Assembly: GCA_023426575.1 (NCBI GenBank)
Contig: JAFAAL010000012.1
Location: 68,270 to 132,269, forward strand
Direction: 5' to 3'
Length of the DNA: 64,000 bases
DNA from: Bacillota bacterium
GTDB taxonomy: Bacteria; Bacillota; Clostridia; Saccharofermentanales; DTU023
Under the pieces are notes generated by a model that worked only from the letters and a program-made list of their open reading frames with translations, had not been told where the DNA came from and ran no database searches. Shown piece by piece: positions 63,493-64,000 of this stretch; position 1 is the first letter of the stretch; every line of letters starts with the position of its first letter. Made by a program: the position numbers and the translations under genes.

Positions 63493-64000
63493 TTACTGAT
63501 CTCCCTCTATGAGATAGGCCGCATAGACATAGCCCTCTGTCCCACTATCTTCTAAGCGGACATAAACCCAGTCGTCGACGACTTCGGAGAGCTGCAAAAT
63601 GCGATCTCCCCTCTGAGCCGTGGCAATGAGAGGAGAGCCCGCATCTGGCTTCTGACGAACTTGGAGATTGTTTGACTTGAGTATATGTCTTATCTCGAGG
63701 TCCATCTGAGCCGGCGGCACGGGCTGCAAGCCCGTGGCAATTTCTTCAGCCGTGCTCGTAATCAGAACTTCCGAAGCAGAAAGATCCTGCTCCTCCCCGT
63801 CTCTTGCCGGCCAGAAGAAATAGATGAGAAGAATAGAAAAAAGCAAGACGAGGCTTAGAATCGCAATGAGCAGAGAATTGCGATTACTGACAATATTCCC
63901 CAGAACATCACTTAGTTTTCGACCAAGACGTCTCTTATACGGTTCCAGAGAAAAATTTTGTATTTTGCGTTCAATCTGCTCTCGCCGATTCTGAGGCGCA
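63493..64000 (-). CDS. Membrane-anchored bacterial SH3-domain protein (5'-partial; the frame stays open to the window edge)
   Basis: C-terminal LQVRQKPDAGSPLIATAQRGDRILQLSEVVDDWVYVRLEDSGTEGYVYAAYL is SH3b-like. The same frame reads through upstream of the listed TTG with no stop up to position 64000. Confidence 0.7.
   Translation of the reverse strand, partial: APQNRREQIERKIQNFSLEPYKRRLGRKLSDVLGNIVSNRNSLLIAILSLVLLFSILLIYFFWPARDGEEQDLSASEVLITSTAEEIATGLQPVPPAQMDLEIRHILKSNNLQVRQKPDAGSPLIATAQRGDRILQLSEVVDDWVYVRLEDSGTEGYVYAAYLIEGDQ

Noticed and set aside
1-64000. CRISPR arrays, IS elements or transposases, prophage genes, toxin-antitoxin pairs, long direct or inverted repeats, and rRNA.
   Set aside because: None was recognised while reading both strands. 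Nearly all intergenic gaps are under 130 nt, apart from the 285-nt parE leader region, and they are accounted for by terminators, promoters or tRNAs. A computational repeat search (for example a self-dot-plot or MinCED) would be needed to exclude short dispersed repeats.

Overview
This window looks like ordinary, very compact core chromosome from a Firmicutes/Clostridia-type bacterium. That assignment rests on Firmicute-typical genes and gene order: ylxM-ffh, khpA, rnc-smc-ftsY, phoH-pgpH-ybeY-era-recO, efp-asp23-amaP-nusB-xseAB-ispA-dxs-nadK-argR-recN, and RNase Y. I call 61 CDS (57 on the minus strand, 4 on the plus strand; both window edges cut a CDS) and 5 tRNAs: Trp-CCA, Pro-GGG, Leu-CAG, Arg-TCT and Gly-TCC. 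I also call several intrinsic terminators and sigma-70-like promoters. I saw no rRNA, CRISPR array, transposase, integrase, prophage remnant or long repeat. No gene looks broken, and sporulation genes are absent from their usual syntenic slots. I did not find a convincing novel multi-gene system, and the findings are scored accordingly. The items most worth a second look are these. (1) A lone plus-strand gene fuses a RecB-type PD-(D/E)xK nuclease domain to an XPD/DinG-type Fe-S helicase. (2) A divergent type IIA topoisomerase pair is co-transcribed with an uncharacterised 629-aa membrane-anchored protein. (3) Four genes share a terminator / -10 box / start-codon layout that predicts leaderless mRNAs. 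(4) Histidine-utilisation genes lacking hutU are welded onto the end of the recN string. (5) PNPase carries an Arg/Asp/Gly-rich C-terminal tail. (6) All four convergent gene pairs have zero or negative 3' spacing. All functional calls come from reading the supplied translations for family motifs and from synteny; no database search was run.
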